Part shown: positions 13,657 to 26,545 of the stretch, one piece after another
Layout of the letters: every line of letters begins with the position of its first letter
How positions within the stretch are numbered: position 1 is the stretch's first letter
Source of the DNA: Ptychomitrium polyphyllum
Taxonomy: Eukaryota
Reading direction: 5' to 3'
Assembly (NCBI GenBank): GCA_973851085.1
Contig: OZ316775.1
Coordinates: 18,724,001 to 18,788,000 of the forward strand
DNA: 64,000 nucleotides
Notes under the pieces: generated by a model
Told to the model about the DNA's origin: nothing
What the model saw: the letters and a program-made list of their open reading frames with translations, nothing else
Database searches by the model: none
Translations under genes and position numbers: made by a program

Positions 13657-14148
13657 GGTGAGCTACAACAAGGATAAACGTCATGTGCGCTTCGTTGTTT
13701 CTCAAGTGCGGATTGGATGTTTAGATCAATCATTATCCAGTAGACCCTTTCTCTTTGCTTTCCGAGATTAAAAAGTGTGGCACAATGCCCACTATTTACT
13801 AAATGCACTACATTCTGGCTTTCATGCAAGGTATCACATACACGAGCAAGTCAGTACGCGAAATTGAAGCATTCACGATGAGCCTATTCCACATGCTCGT
13901 GTAGCATTCTTATGAAACAGGCATATAATTACGCTACTGCAAAAACTTTACGAGCTTCAACAATCTGGAAAACATCTTCGAATTTGGCTGGTTCATATTT
14001 AGAGGAAGACATGTGGATGCATATACATTTCGATATTCTAGCAGTAGCAATGGTACGCAACAAAGCAGTTGCAACGTTGTTAGAAATCTGCACAGTACTC
14101 TCTATCACTTGTAGCTATGGTCTACGGTCGTACAGGAATTGGACCGAG

Positions 14149-17100
14149 TCACCTTTCCAGCTCAAGGCCCCTCCCATGTCTGACGGCTTGGGAAGACATC
14201 CAGCCCTTCGCACGTCGAAAGAGTGATCCTCCTGCGCACAGATCATAGAATGCATTCAGAACAACTCTTTGCTGGAGTGGCCTTTACACTGGTGCTCATG
14301 CTGACGAGTGGCAGATAAAATTACGTATCATTTCTATACTTTGCAGTACCGGTACATCATGGCTAGACACGTGAGGTCCCCTCAGCTGTATTAGCAGTGA
14401 TCACTTCCTTTGAGCATTCTCGTAAACATGGAGGGAAAGAAATACCTGAATTCTTTCGTGACAAAGTCCTATTGAGTGTATGCGCACTCGACATGCTCCT
14501 CAGGAACATCACAGCGGGTGCGCAGCTCGGCACTGGCGCGTTCTCCTTGTCAGATGACTCAACTACACCAGTTCCCTTTGCACGAGCTAGGGTTTCCTCG
14601 TGTTTACCTGACAGGATCTCAACATCCGGATAGGGCTTGGCATGAGAATGGGAATCTCTACTTCGTAAATCCTCTGCCGTTTCATTCTTTTTACCCAATG
14701 CAGCAGGTCTGACCCTCAACCCGTTGTTTGCGTCCAGCGGCGTCAAGCGCCTTGAGGTTCGGACAGGCCTTGCAGGAGATTCTGGTGGCTGTCGAATCGG
14801 CGACCTTACCTTGAGGACTTCAAACATAGTCGTTGTGCCTTTCTGGGGTACTGCTTCCACGACGGACTTTCTGACCCTCTGTTCTCGTTTGATCAACCCA
14901 GCAGCAAGTTCAGATTTAGGTGCAGGCTTGGTTGTTCCTTCTCTTTTGAACGTCACCTTTGAGATGGACGATGTCAGTAGATTCGCTGATCCATTGCTTC
15001 TGCGTTTCTTTAAGGATTCTCTTCGACGAGCTTCTGGAGACACTGATTTCTGATCAGTCAGCCAGTACCTCGACGTTTCACTTGTAGAAACGACCTTCAC
15101 GGGTGAGGGCCGCGGTGCTGATGACTTTGTGGAGGAGCACGAGTAAACTGGATTTGAGAATAACACTCCTCTAGTGGGTGTGAGCTTCCATGGTTTCGCT
15201 GGGCCCCTGATTTCAGTCACATTCATAGCCGGCCTCCTGGGGCATGATAGCTCATCGTCTGCATCACCTGAGTCCCTGAAACTCGACTCTGGAGAGCTGA
15301 AAAGCCTGTGACTTCTCCGCTTCTTCTCAGCGCTGTGCACGACCAGGCGTGGTGATCGTGGAGATAAAGAATCCGGTGATGACGAATTGCTCGAGTAACC
15401 TCCTGAAACCCTTCGCTTGGACAAAGATGCAGCCCCACTCTTCAGAGGAGGGTCTTTAGGCCGGGACGGCTTAGCAGCTGGAACCAATTTGACAGTGAAA
15501 TCGGAGGGAAAGGCTACCTTGGACATATTTACGGGCTTCAATAACGGTGCATTGGCTTTCATGGACTTTTGCAACTGCGACTTGCTCGGAAATGCGATGT
15601 CTTTCTTCTTTCCATCTTTGCAAATCCGCTCTTTCGGTTCCTGCGCCTGCTTGGCAGGTTTCTGAATCTTTTGAGGCCCTTCTTGGAGTGCTTCTGCGAC
15701 CAGTGTGGCAATCTGCTTTGCAAATTGACTTGCCATCAAAATCTCTGAGATCACGTCGTGTACCTGGCTGGCAGGTGATGACCATTGATTCCACCCAGCT
15801 GAAGGGATAGCAACTACAAAGGTCAGTCGAAGAAGCAATTACTATATACATGTTGTAAAGATCAACGTTTCAGTAAGGTGAGGAAATGTGGCGCTCCAAG
15901 ACGTCACATGTCTCAAGAGAAAACTATCGCAACTGAAACGCAGCTTGTAATAACGCCACGAGCTCAAGCACAGGAACGAACAATAGGACAGTGGGATATT
16001 CTGCCTTTGTGAGAAGCATAAGGAGCCAACATATACCAGGATGTTGAAAATAACGCAGAAAAGAGTGTTTGGACGGAGGTACCTCTCGATTTTAACATTT
16101 CCTCTGGTCGTACTTTGCTGCCAGCTTTATAGTCTTTCCTGGAGTCCCGCCTGTACTCGTCTGCATAGAATCAATATATTATTAGATTTGTATGCAATCT
16201 TTTGTAACCATTGCCCCACCGTACTATAGGGCCTAGGCCTCACATTTGAAATTTGAATTGACTGTCTGCAGGGATAATCTGCGTGTTAAGACAGCTTTCG
16301 GTGCGACGCTGCAATAGATCGGGTAAATCCTTCACATTACTTCTGTGCAAATATCTACGTCTATATCCGCTTTATCTTATATGGCATTAAGATTTTAAGT
16401 TTCAAGAGCGTTTAGAAGTGGACAGTATGTTACCTCGATGTCGAGCCGAACCAACTCCGTCCTTGCCAGGAAAACATTCCTTGGAGTTCAGGACTCTGCA
16501 CCATCATCAAGTTCGTAAGTTAAACTATACCAACTATACTTACCACTGAAACAACAACTTATGGGTGTCACTGTGTGCAGGTGTCAAGGAGGATAGGCTA
16601 TTTGTTGTCATCATGAATCGACCGCTTCCACTTGGAAAACCTGCCTTTGATTTATAACTAAGTTTTTATTAGATCGCTAAAGACTGCTTCACAGAGATCA
16701 TCACAGCCAAGATCATATATGCCCCTTGAGGATTAGAGGACTCAAAATTTCAAGGACTTATTGTGACTAGTGAGGCAAATACGAAGACATGCTCGATGAA
16801 TCACCCTGGGATTGAGAGTCAAAGAGCTCAACACAATTACAGTAAACAAATATTTCGAAGGGAAAATGTGAATCATTCCTAGATATATTTCCTACTAGGG
16901 TGGTCATCTGACCCTTAACCAGGGGATGTAGTAAAACCTGGTGGTGCCGTTCACTCTCAACGAGCTAGTGTGTTTCGGATTAACAGGGCTCAAGTGTAAT
17001 CCTGAAATGGTAGTTTGGAGGTCTTGTAGCCGCGCAACCACCTGCTCAACCTGTACCCAAGCCAGCAAAATTCTGCTTTACCTTAACCTCTACCTCCTAC

Positions 17101-17765
17101 ATTAACTAGTGCCATAGAGTGAATTTATTCAGATCCTTAGAGCCTGAAGGAGATAATCATCTTGCATTTACTACAATGCGCTGCCCTCGGATACAATATA
17201 AGATGAAGGACGAGGATACGGTCACATTTTTGCTCCCACAATAATTGATAGAAGGCTCTTCTTAAATCTCTTGAGCGAAAACCTTCTGATATCAAATGCT
17301 ACATAAACACTCAGAACTAATTGGAATCCTCCCTACTAAACAGAGTCCTGTATACTAGGGTGTATGGCTCAACTGCATTGCTTCTTTAACGCCTACCCAA
17401 TGATAGGCCATGCACAACAAAGTGGGATTCATAGTGATAATTGCGTCTACCAGGAGATGCAAGGAATGCCATGCATACGCAATTTTCGACGTGATTATAC
17501 ACTACAAGTAAGGGGAATTTCAAATCAAACCTCCTGATTACTACAGAGCAGCTCTTTCGCCTTGTTAGGTTACAAAGAGTACAGAGCGTACAGAGAGGTT
17601 ATAAGAATCATGTTCAACGAAGTAACACTTACAAAACAACACAAAGAGACAAAAAACAGCCATGACATCAAGAGGTAGAGCTAATACCTTGAGAACCGCT
17701 TCCGTAAGCACAGGCGACGGATGCAAACCCAAATCTGTCGCTGACTGCAACTCTTCCTGCGCCAT
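14149..17765 (-). CDS. TAN1: TANGLED-like microtubule-binding division-plane protein (~562 aa); exons 17765-17688, 17050-16938, 16495-16434, 15798-14446, 14231-14149
   Basis: Spliced N-terminus VLTEAVLK|VEQVVARLQDLQTTISG..LSP, then W..S.PA...EILMASQFAKQI and LFSNP resemble conserved TANGLED blocks. The rest is basic and Ser/Pro-rich. All four junctions are GT-AG and phase-compatible (0,2,1,1). The last exon is less certain; the unspliced frame ends at 14363. Confidence 0.75.
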
Positions 17766-20700
17766 TACTCTCACAACTCCACAAGCCTACGCTTACATCT
17801 CCCGAAGAACCCACAACTCTCCAAACAGCCGCACTCCCTAAACCTTTCCAATTTCGAAAACACACCATGCCCGCTCAAGCCATGAAAACTGACCCAACCT
17901 CACATGCCAACACCATCCACTCGTTACCATACAATGCAGTACTCAGCAGCTCGAAACACTCGCCAGAGCAACTCGTCCTCCAAAACCCGTGCCATAACCA
18001 CCATAAGCTTTTCGGGTTTGGAATGTCAGCAGCACCAAATCACACACGCGAGATCCTCACCAACCAGAATTGCTGGCAACACTGAAGAAGCCTCACTCTG
18101 TAGACTGCAACACTGCGACCTCTCTACAGGAAACCCTGTACACAAGAGTGTGGAAAAGAACTGTGTACTACTATACCGACTCCGTGACGCAGAAACCGAG
18201 AGCCAAATCTGCGACGGCGCTAACGATGTGATCCTCAACCGTCTCTCCGCAACCAACGTCACAATTGTGGTTTCCGATGCCTCGAACTCCAGTGCTTCAC
18301 GAGAACCCCCTCTCCGAGGAGAAAGAAATGGGTCTGGAAAGAAATGCGCACGGAAAGAGTGCGGGCTTGGAAAGAAAAGTAGGCCCAACTTAAAGATAGG
18401 TCATAAACCGCGAAGGGAGGAGGCCGAGTTGCGTGGCGACGAACGACGGTGACGTGGCGAACATTAATGTGAGGGATTTGAAATGGCAACGGTCGGGTAT
18501 CGGGTGGGTTCGGATGAAAGCACGTTCATCCGCAGATGGAAGTGTTTCACCTGGGGTTAGGATGTAAACCCAAAGCCGTAACGTGGATTATCTAGCACAG
18601 GCCTACAGTTTAGGATTTGAAATGTAAAGATTCGTAGATAATGGTTGGGGTGACTGTAGTTGTTTCTGCGAGAGAAAGGGAGTTCAGTTGATGGGGTGAA
18701 ACTTTTGAATTGGGGTAGTGGCTAACATGGAAAAGTTGCTTGTGGTTGTGGTTTGGGGAGTTCTCGAATGTTGTGATGTAAGAAATGCGAGGGTTAACTA
18801 ACTTGATGCTGGTTTTATGGTGAATGATTGGGTGTAAGAAATGCACACTTTCTTAGTGCATGATATAATTGTCATGTTTGTACTTGAGCGTACTGTGTGT
18901 GATGTAACCGGAGGCTGGAGTAATGAGTAAATTTTCAGTTTAGTGCTGATCTGGGGAAAAACTTCACTCAGGTGAGGTTGAATAGAACAAATAAAGAGAC
19001 AAGCTGAATTATTGAAGCAATGGAGAGTTCAAGGCTTGATTGATGACTTCCAGGGTGCCACATTGATTAGTACAGTACAAAGTTAAATTTACGACGGTAG
19101 GTAATCACAAGAAAGTGTACTATTTTTTCCATTCATTAAGTATAAGTTGTTACTCTTTTCAAAAATTTGCTTAGCTTGCAGATTATTCTTTTACATGTAT
19201 TAGCCTTTAACTAACGCAACCCCTAGCTAATTCAGTCCTTCTAAACACAGCTACATAATTTATATTTGAAATTCCAACTATATATTGCTTTAAAATATCA
19301 ACAAAACATGTATTGTTGTGGTTGTTTGAAAAAGATTATATAAAAAACTTAAAATTATGCACTGATTCTTGCAATATAATGGTATATGCTAACATTATGA
19401 TATACTGAATTTGAAGAATGCATTAAAAATTTAAAAATTTCATTATTTATTGTTAAAATTTAAAAAAATTAAGTACACGAAGTTTTTTATTATACAAACA
19501 TATTTTTAAAGTAATTTTTGTATTTTTCTTTTTCTTGTTAAAGTCCAAATTGTACTACCTTTACTTTCTTATAAGAAACTTAGTCTTTTAATATGTTTAA
19601 AAAGGAGTTTCATATTTAATACTTACATAATCATCAAAATTTTAAAGTATATAAAAAATTAAAATAATCATTTGTGATGAATATATATGTACCATATTTT
19701 AGAAATTTTGATTATTATAACAAATTTGTTTGTTTAAGTATTTACTTTACTTCTTTCTTCCTTTATTTTTATTTTTATAAATTTTCCCTTCCTTCTTACC
19801 TTTTGAAAATTTTCCCATTTTTCTTTCAATTTCAAGAATTCCAATTAAAAGAGTATCATTGAGGTGAATGACATGTGTCTAGAGGCCAGTCTAAGGCCAT
19901 TTTATAACTCCTAAGGGTAGTTGGTTTTCCTTAGAAAAAAAGTACTATGGTTGTAAAAGTTATAACATATATTGATTTAAAGTCTCTATACAATAGAAAG
20001 TATCATCAAAAGGATTTAATCCCTACTGTGGTTGTTAGTTTGCCACCATGACATATGACAATTAATACCAAACATTTGAGATACATTAGTCTTTCATTGT
20101 AGAATATATGGATGTTTATTTGTCCCTATAGAGTAGCTTTTAGTAAATTACAAGTTATTACTATTGGTCCCCCACATATATAGTAAACATGCTATTTTGA
20201 ACACATTTAAAATTCAATCCTTTGACAGCTTCAATGTCCCAAATGAGAACATTATATGAAATTTGCATTTAAGACCCTTTTTGTGATTAGTCTATGCTTT
20301 TGCAGGATATTTGAAATTATATACTTATATTAGTTGTGCTCTCATTGCATTAAAATTCAAATACATATGTTAGTTTGCAATTGAAGTTGACTTGAAGCTA
20401 GTAGGAATGGATAAAATGTTGAATTGTATTAAATTTTTGTTGTGTACATTCTAAAAGGTAGCATTGTACATGTTTAAGTGTAAATTGTTGAAGAATAATT
20501 GCCAATATCATTTACCACATAATTCCAACTTTTTCACAATACAAAACACTTTCATTGTTTATATATTGTAGTCAAGATTACACACCACATCTATAACTCC
20601 ATAACTTTACATAAATTCCACAAGACTCTCTTTATTACATAATACAAGGTTGGTAAAGGATTCTCAAATGTTTGTGCATTTGGCCACAACCTCCTTATAT

Positions 20701-22976
20701 ATTGGAACTCATAAAGATTTTTCTAATACTATCTCCATTTTTATATTATATTTCTACTAAAAAGTCAATCAAACATATCTTGAGATTTGTCACTAAGTGA
20801 ACTTTAGTCTCATCACCTATTATAACTCAAGGTTTTTATCAACATAGTCAACACAAATATCTTCAAAACTTAATAGTGTCTTATTGGATGAACTTCATCA
20901 ACGCATTAGTTCAAGTGGCCATCAAATAATTTGCATATTTGCAGATGAGGCAGTGAGGATTACTTGTGCATAGTTGAATATCATGCAATTGGTAGCTGCT
21001 CTCTAGTAACATCTGTGAGTTCGCAGGTATGTTCAACATTCAAAACAGCTTATTATTATGAAATGGAGTTGCTGCAGTATAGACACCAAGCAACTATTCT
21101 GCTCGCGTGCTTTTGAAAAATCAATTTCTCCACATTCAGGATCTCAAGAGTTGGTAAGCAAGATATCATCAGCTTGTGGAGAGCTTCTATACTAAGTACT
21201 GAGAATAATAGGTTGACTTCTGAAAGGTGATGAAGATACCCAGGTTTGGGAGGTAGTTTGAATGTACATGCGGTGACATGAGGCACTATAATATAATGAC
21301 AAGCTTTTCTATTAGTTAAATCTCAGCTTCGATTCTTTAGGAGCTAGAGAGAAGGATATGTTTCTAGAGGTGGCTTGGGTTTTACCAGGAACAGAAAAGA
21401 ACCTAGTCGTAGTAGAAACGTGGGAATCCTCAGGATGGTCTGCCCAGGTTTTGGTTTATGGAAATTGCAAAAAAGATGTTTATTGAAGGCTGAGGTTGAG
21501 AATAATCATTCGACTATGCATGACCTGTTAATTGGTATGGGACACAAGATTGTGTCCACGGAATGAAGAATCGGTCCCGGTGAATGAATTCGACATCGGG
21601 TGTTTGATTCAGATCTAGCGAGCATAGTTAATCTGGTGAGTGTCAACTTCTGAAATTCCAGATGTTTACATAATACTTCAATAGTTTGATTAGTTCTGAG
21701 TAGCTCTCAAAACCTAAACCACTGCAATTTTACTTGAATAAGCTGTTAATGCAAAATTTATCCCTTTGTGAATGTACATATAACGAAGCTATTTATAGTG
21801 TAAGGTGCTCGCTTGCTGAACGCAAGATTATTCTGTTGAATCTTTGATTTAAAATACCAAGTCAAATAAAACGTGCAATACCATAAGTTCTATTAGCATA
21901 CAGTTGTTCCAAGACCCCGGAGTCAAACACCTGCAGATGAAGTAGTTGTTTTACACTAGAATTAAGTGATAGAGCCTTAACTATCATTTGGAATTTCTGG
22001 CTGACTTGTGGATCATAGAAAACAACAAACATAAATTAAACTCCCATCCCATTAGCGGTACTGTAGAAAGAAATTAAAGATGTTCCAAGACAGAATAATT
22101 ACACACAAATCGAGTCAAGTAGATTCCATGGATAAAACTTAACGTGAACCAGCTTTCAAGTGAGCTCAGCACAATTTGGAATTGTAGCAAATAATTGGGC
22201 ATGGAAGAAGATCCACCCCCCAACCTGTGTCAACTGTGTCCTGTGGACGTAAGCCTAGGGTGTAGTGGAAAAAGACTTCATCTACACCAGTCCTTTATTC
22301 CGGTCTTTGGGTTCAATATGTGTTTTCTCGTGACAGAAGTTTTAAACCCTTTTCAAGCGGGCGTGAATTCGAAGTTCTTTTTGAACGATTCACTTCAGAG
22401 TATCAAAAGCATGATGGACGAAGATATCCTGGATTCCTGCTGGGGCTGACAAAATTGGTGATGAACCAAGGAATCCTTGCTGACATACTTAGTACAGTAC
22501 CCTGGGGAAGGAGTTCGTCAGGATTTGCAAAGCCATCGCAGGAGCTTGGTATTAGTTGCCATGCACTTCTACCTCTTCTTCATCCTTGGAGTCTTAAAAA
22601 ATAAGTCATGTATCAATATTACGTCAGTTCTTTGAAGCATTAGAGACTTCCACACTGAGCATTAGATTTTCTGAGATCTTGAAAATTTGTAAGCTGCGAC
22701 ACTCATCTTACGAAATTCCTGAAAATTGCTTTAGATTTGGATATCATCCGAACTGGTGTGATTTGCAAGGCCTGGAGTCGATATGCCAGTTCTCAACAGT
22801 ACCTACACCACATTTTCAATTCTGCAGAGTGTTGGTTCTGAAATAAAGTCGTGAGCTTATCGGTTGCTTATCTAGATACAAGAGCTGCCAACCAGTTTCG
22901 ATGTTATTTAGGACTCTTCCATCTCCCTAAGGACAAATCATTTGAGAGATTGGTAGCAGTGCAAGTAGCGAGGTGA

Positions 22977-24755
22977 ATGGGAATGGAGTTCACCCTCAGG
23001 AGACAGGAGGTCATAGTGCCATCGCCCCCTTCACCCCCACATGTTGTGACCCTCACCAGTATTGACCAGAGCATGCCGCCCGTGTACACCCGGTTCCTCT
23101 ACTTCTTCCCTCCGCCGTCTGCCCCTTCGCCATCTGTCTTCCTCACTCACTCTCTTGCAGGGGCCCTGGCTGCTTTTCCATCCGTCGCCGGGAGGTTGAA
23201 GCCCCGAAGCGATGGAGCCGGCCAAATGGATCTGGAGTGCCATAACCAGGGTGCTGTGTTCGTGGAAGCCCACGCCAGCACCACGCTTCAACACTTGCTC
23301 ACCACAGGTCCACTGCTTTTCTCACTCAACTGCTTGTTCGTAAATTTTGGTGTTGTTGTCAATCTCGGAAGCGGCACTTCATACCAGGGCCCGAGGTTAA
23401 GAGTATGATGGATCCAAGAGATGATGAAATCATGCCTTGGGCCTTCACACTAGGTCTTGATGGCCAAGTCACGATGCCCTCTAAAATGACTACACGGCAA
23501 TACTTTTGTGAGTTTTGGCAGGAGTTCTCAGTGAGATATATTCAGCTCATGTGGTCTTGGGGCATGGATCTTGTAGACTGTTCTCCGTTGTATTGTAGAA
23601 CTTGGCATTTCTGCATACTAGTACCATGTGGTCACATCCTGCATAGTTTATTAAAACAAGGACAAGGAGAAAGTGACGAGTTGGGAGATGTGGTGGGAGG
23701 ATGCAGGAAATGGAGATGTGCGAGGTGGAATCTATCAGCCAAATCCTTTGTGGGAGTCACTTGTCCCAAACCCAGTTGACGAAGAAGAACCCACAGACAA
23801 GCCTCTTCTTTTTACGCAGTTGACAAGGTTGGGATGCGGAGGAGTGGTTGTGGCAGTGTCGTTGCACCACCTAGTGGCGGACGGCAATGCACAAGCATAC
23901 TTCGTGGCCTCATGGGCAAAGCTCGCACGTGGAGAGCCCATCTCAGCCCAGCCGCACCTGGATCGCACATGCATGCAAGCTCGATCCCCACCCTCCCCTT
24001 TATTTGACCACCATGAGTATATTGTCCACCAAACTGTGCCCTCAACATTCAACTCTTCTGCTGCAGACGTGCCTACCACGATGTTCCGGAACTTCGAATT
24101 CCTACCGGAGGACATTCAAATGTTGAAGAGGCGAGCAAATGCAGAGGCGGAAGGAGGCATCTTCACAGGATTTCAGGCTTTATCAGCGCACATTTGGAAG
24201 CATGTGACAAAAGCAAAAGTAGTGGAATCGTCACAACAAACCAAGCTTATGTGGACAGTTGATGGACGCAAGAGATTTAATCGGCCCCTTCCTCCAAACT
24301 ACTTTGGCAATGTGACTTTTTTCGGTTGTATAGAGGAGAAAGCAGGTGAGGTAATTACGCAACCAATGCACTGCACTGCAATGCGCATCCAGAGCGCCAT
24401 CCAGTGCATTACAGATGCGTACCTGCGCTCTGCCATGGACCTGCTTGCGGTGCAAGCTTCACGTGCGCTCATCAATCCAGTCATGCCAAGCTATGTCGAC
24501 CTTCTCATCACTAGTTGGGTGCACTTTAAAGCATATGATACTGATTTTGGATGGGGCTCGCCTCTCTTCTTTGCGCCTTTCATCTCCATCTTCTTTGCGG
24601 GGGTTGTGGTTTTGCTCCCTCACGCGCACAGCCATGGTGTCAATGTTCTATTGGATTGGTTCAACCACACATGGAAGCTTTACTCTCAGACGTCGATTTC
24701 TACCAGGTCCGATAATTTTGGAAAGCTCGTAAAACTTCAGAACTGTCAGATGTAG
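22977..24755 (+). CDS. BAHD acyltransferase (HCT-like), exons 22977-23307 and 23707-24755; probable 1-nt frameshift near 24649
   Basis: VAGRLK, GAVFVEA, QLTRLGCGG, HHLVADG (HxxxD), PPNYFGN and DFGWG motifs. A typical BAHD C-terminus lies in another frame ending at 24715. Confidence 0.88.
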
Positions 24756-25929
24756 TGTCAAACCCGTTTACTTCCTGTGGTTGTAAGCTGTAATGATTAC
24801 CATGTACCTACAATTTTGATACTTTGCTGAAGTAAGTTCAAAGCAAGAACTAATTCTAATTATTTAGACAAATTTAAAATGAAGTTTGTTCTTTCCATCA
24901 CTCATGGTAATCAACACACAAATGATGTGATTTCACAGAACTGATTGTAGGTTTTAGAGATTATTGTGAATGTAGAAAATTTCGCAACGAGGAAGATTGG
25001 GCTGTAAGAATGGCTACATACTACCCGGGGGGGGGTGCAGGGTTCCTGGCTGCCAGGACATCTCTCACACTAAAAGCTTCAATTATTAACTCGTTCTCCA
25101 TCCTAACAGAAGAACAAGCTTCATCATTCTGCTCACTCGTGGCCCAAATGAACAAACATCTTCCTCTTCTGGTTTCACCAGTTACAACTTATTACGAAAG
25201 TATTGCTGAGCATGGCACCTCCAAACATGTCAAATGCTGTGTTAAAAACTGCGCAAAATGCACTGAAACACAGTTAGTTGCAGACTTAAGGATAGGGAAC
25301 AGCCTCAAATTGAGTCTAAACAAAAGGAAAATGGTAAAAAGCTGTCTTTATTTAAGCTTTCAAGGAGCTGCAAGCTTAAGAGCGGCCACTAGACGCACCA
25401 TGAACGTGCGCGCACAGACACATACATTGACACAACTCAGACACAAACTTGTTCACAGCAATACATTTCAAAAGCACTGGGCACCATCACTGCTACTTCT
25501 GTTGTGCTAGCATTGGGCTGATATGTTCAATTTTCAATAAAACCAGCGTATGAAACCCCCTTGTACCTACTCTTATGCACATGCAGTAAAAATACACCAA
25601 ATTCTGCCAGTACTGGTCAACAATAACAGTACTTACCAAGTCTGAGGAAACGAATCTGCTAATTCTAGACGTACCAGATAATACTGCCACGCCACAAAAA
25701 TCAGCTACTATATATCATAGTACATGATTCTTGAACCAAATGCATGGAGAACACATACATCAGATTGATATTTAATGAACATGAATTCTTTTAATTATAT
25801 TTTCACCTTAAGCTGGAACTGGAACTGGAGCAGTGCAAGCGCCAGGACTGATGTCGATGACAGTATATGTCCATCGTTCCATTAACTCTCAGCATTCGAT
25901 CACTCGACAGCTTCCTCAGTGATACGTCC

Positions 25930-26545
25930 GCAGCTGGGATCGCGGACGTAGAATTCGCTGATCATCTACCCTTAGCAACTGATACAGCGAGTTGGGTGTT
26001 CGGAGTGATGGCCTCGAACGGTTGCCAACGCGCCGGCAATTCGCAGGCCCATCGGACCGTCGGGGTGTGGGCTCAATAGGACGGCCGTGTACTTTCCCGT
26101 AGCCCAGCCTCTCACAACCCTCACTGTTAAACGGTCCCCATGTTTCAGCAACGGTAATTTCCCCAGCTTCTGATTGCTGAGAAGGTCTTTCTTAATGTTG
26201 CTGACCTCCACCTCTATGCTACGGAGATTCTGCACTATGTCAAGCACCTCCTCAAATCCACGATCGCAGGTCGAGTAGGGGAAGAACCATTCGCCGCTGA
26301 CATCCCCACGGCCCACCTGAAATAGTTGTTTGGGTGGTCGTAGTATGGTCGGCTGGTGTTCGCCGGCAGAATGCAAGCCCTTCTTGTCCGCGGGGCACGT
26401 CTATCAGCGGAGCTGTCCACCTTCGGTAGTCCCGCCTCTGGCAGTTGCCTATTGTGAACTGGCCCTAGTGTGGGGCTGCAGTAGCGGACTGTACCACCAG
26501 CAGGAGCAAGAGTGCCCCAAGATTGACTGATACCTTCATCGCCAT
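25930..26545 (-). pseudogene. Disrupted secreted protein with two Cys-containing repeats
   Basis: Signal-peptide-like MAMKVSVNLGALLLLLVVQSATA, TAG at 26467-26465, then WTAPLIDVP..FCRRTPA..HP..GEWFFPYSTC and YTAVLL..ATVRGHHSEHPTRC..EFYVRDPSC, with frameshifts and stops. Confidence 0.55.

Noticed and set aside
17867..18489. Several overlapping 70-180 aa ORFs on both strands
   Set aside because: They coincide with the presumed GC-rich leader/promoter of the TANGLED-like gene and show no protein motifs.
22195..22604. ORFs upstream of the BAHD gene
   Set aside because: Possibly a decayed coding fragment, but no family could be recognised.
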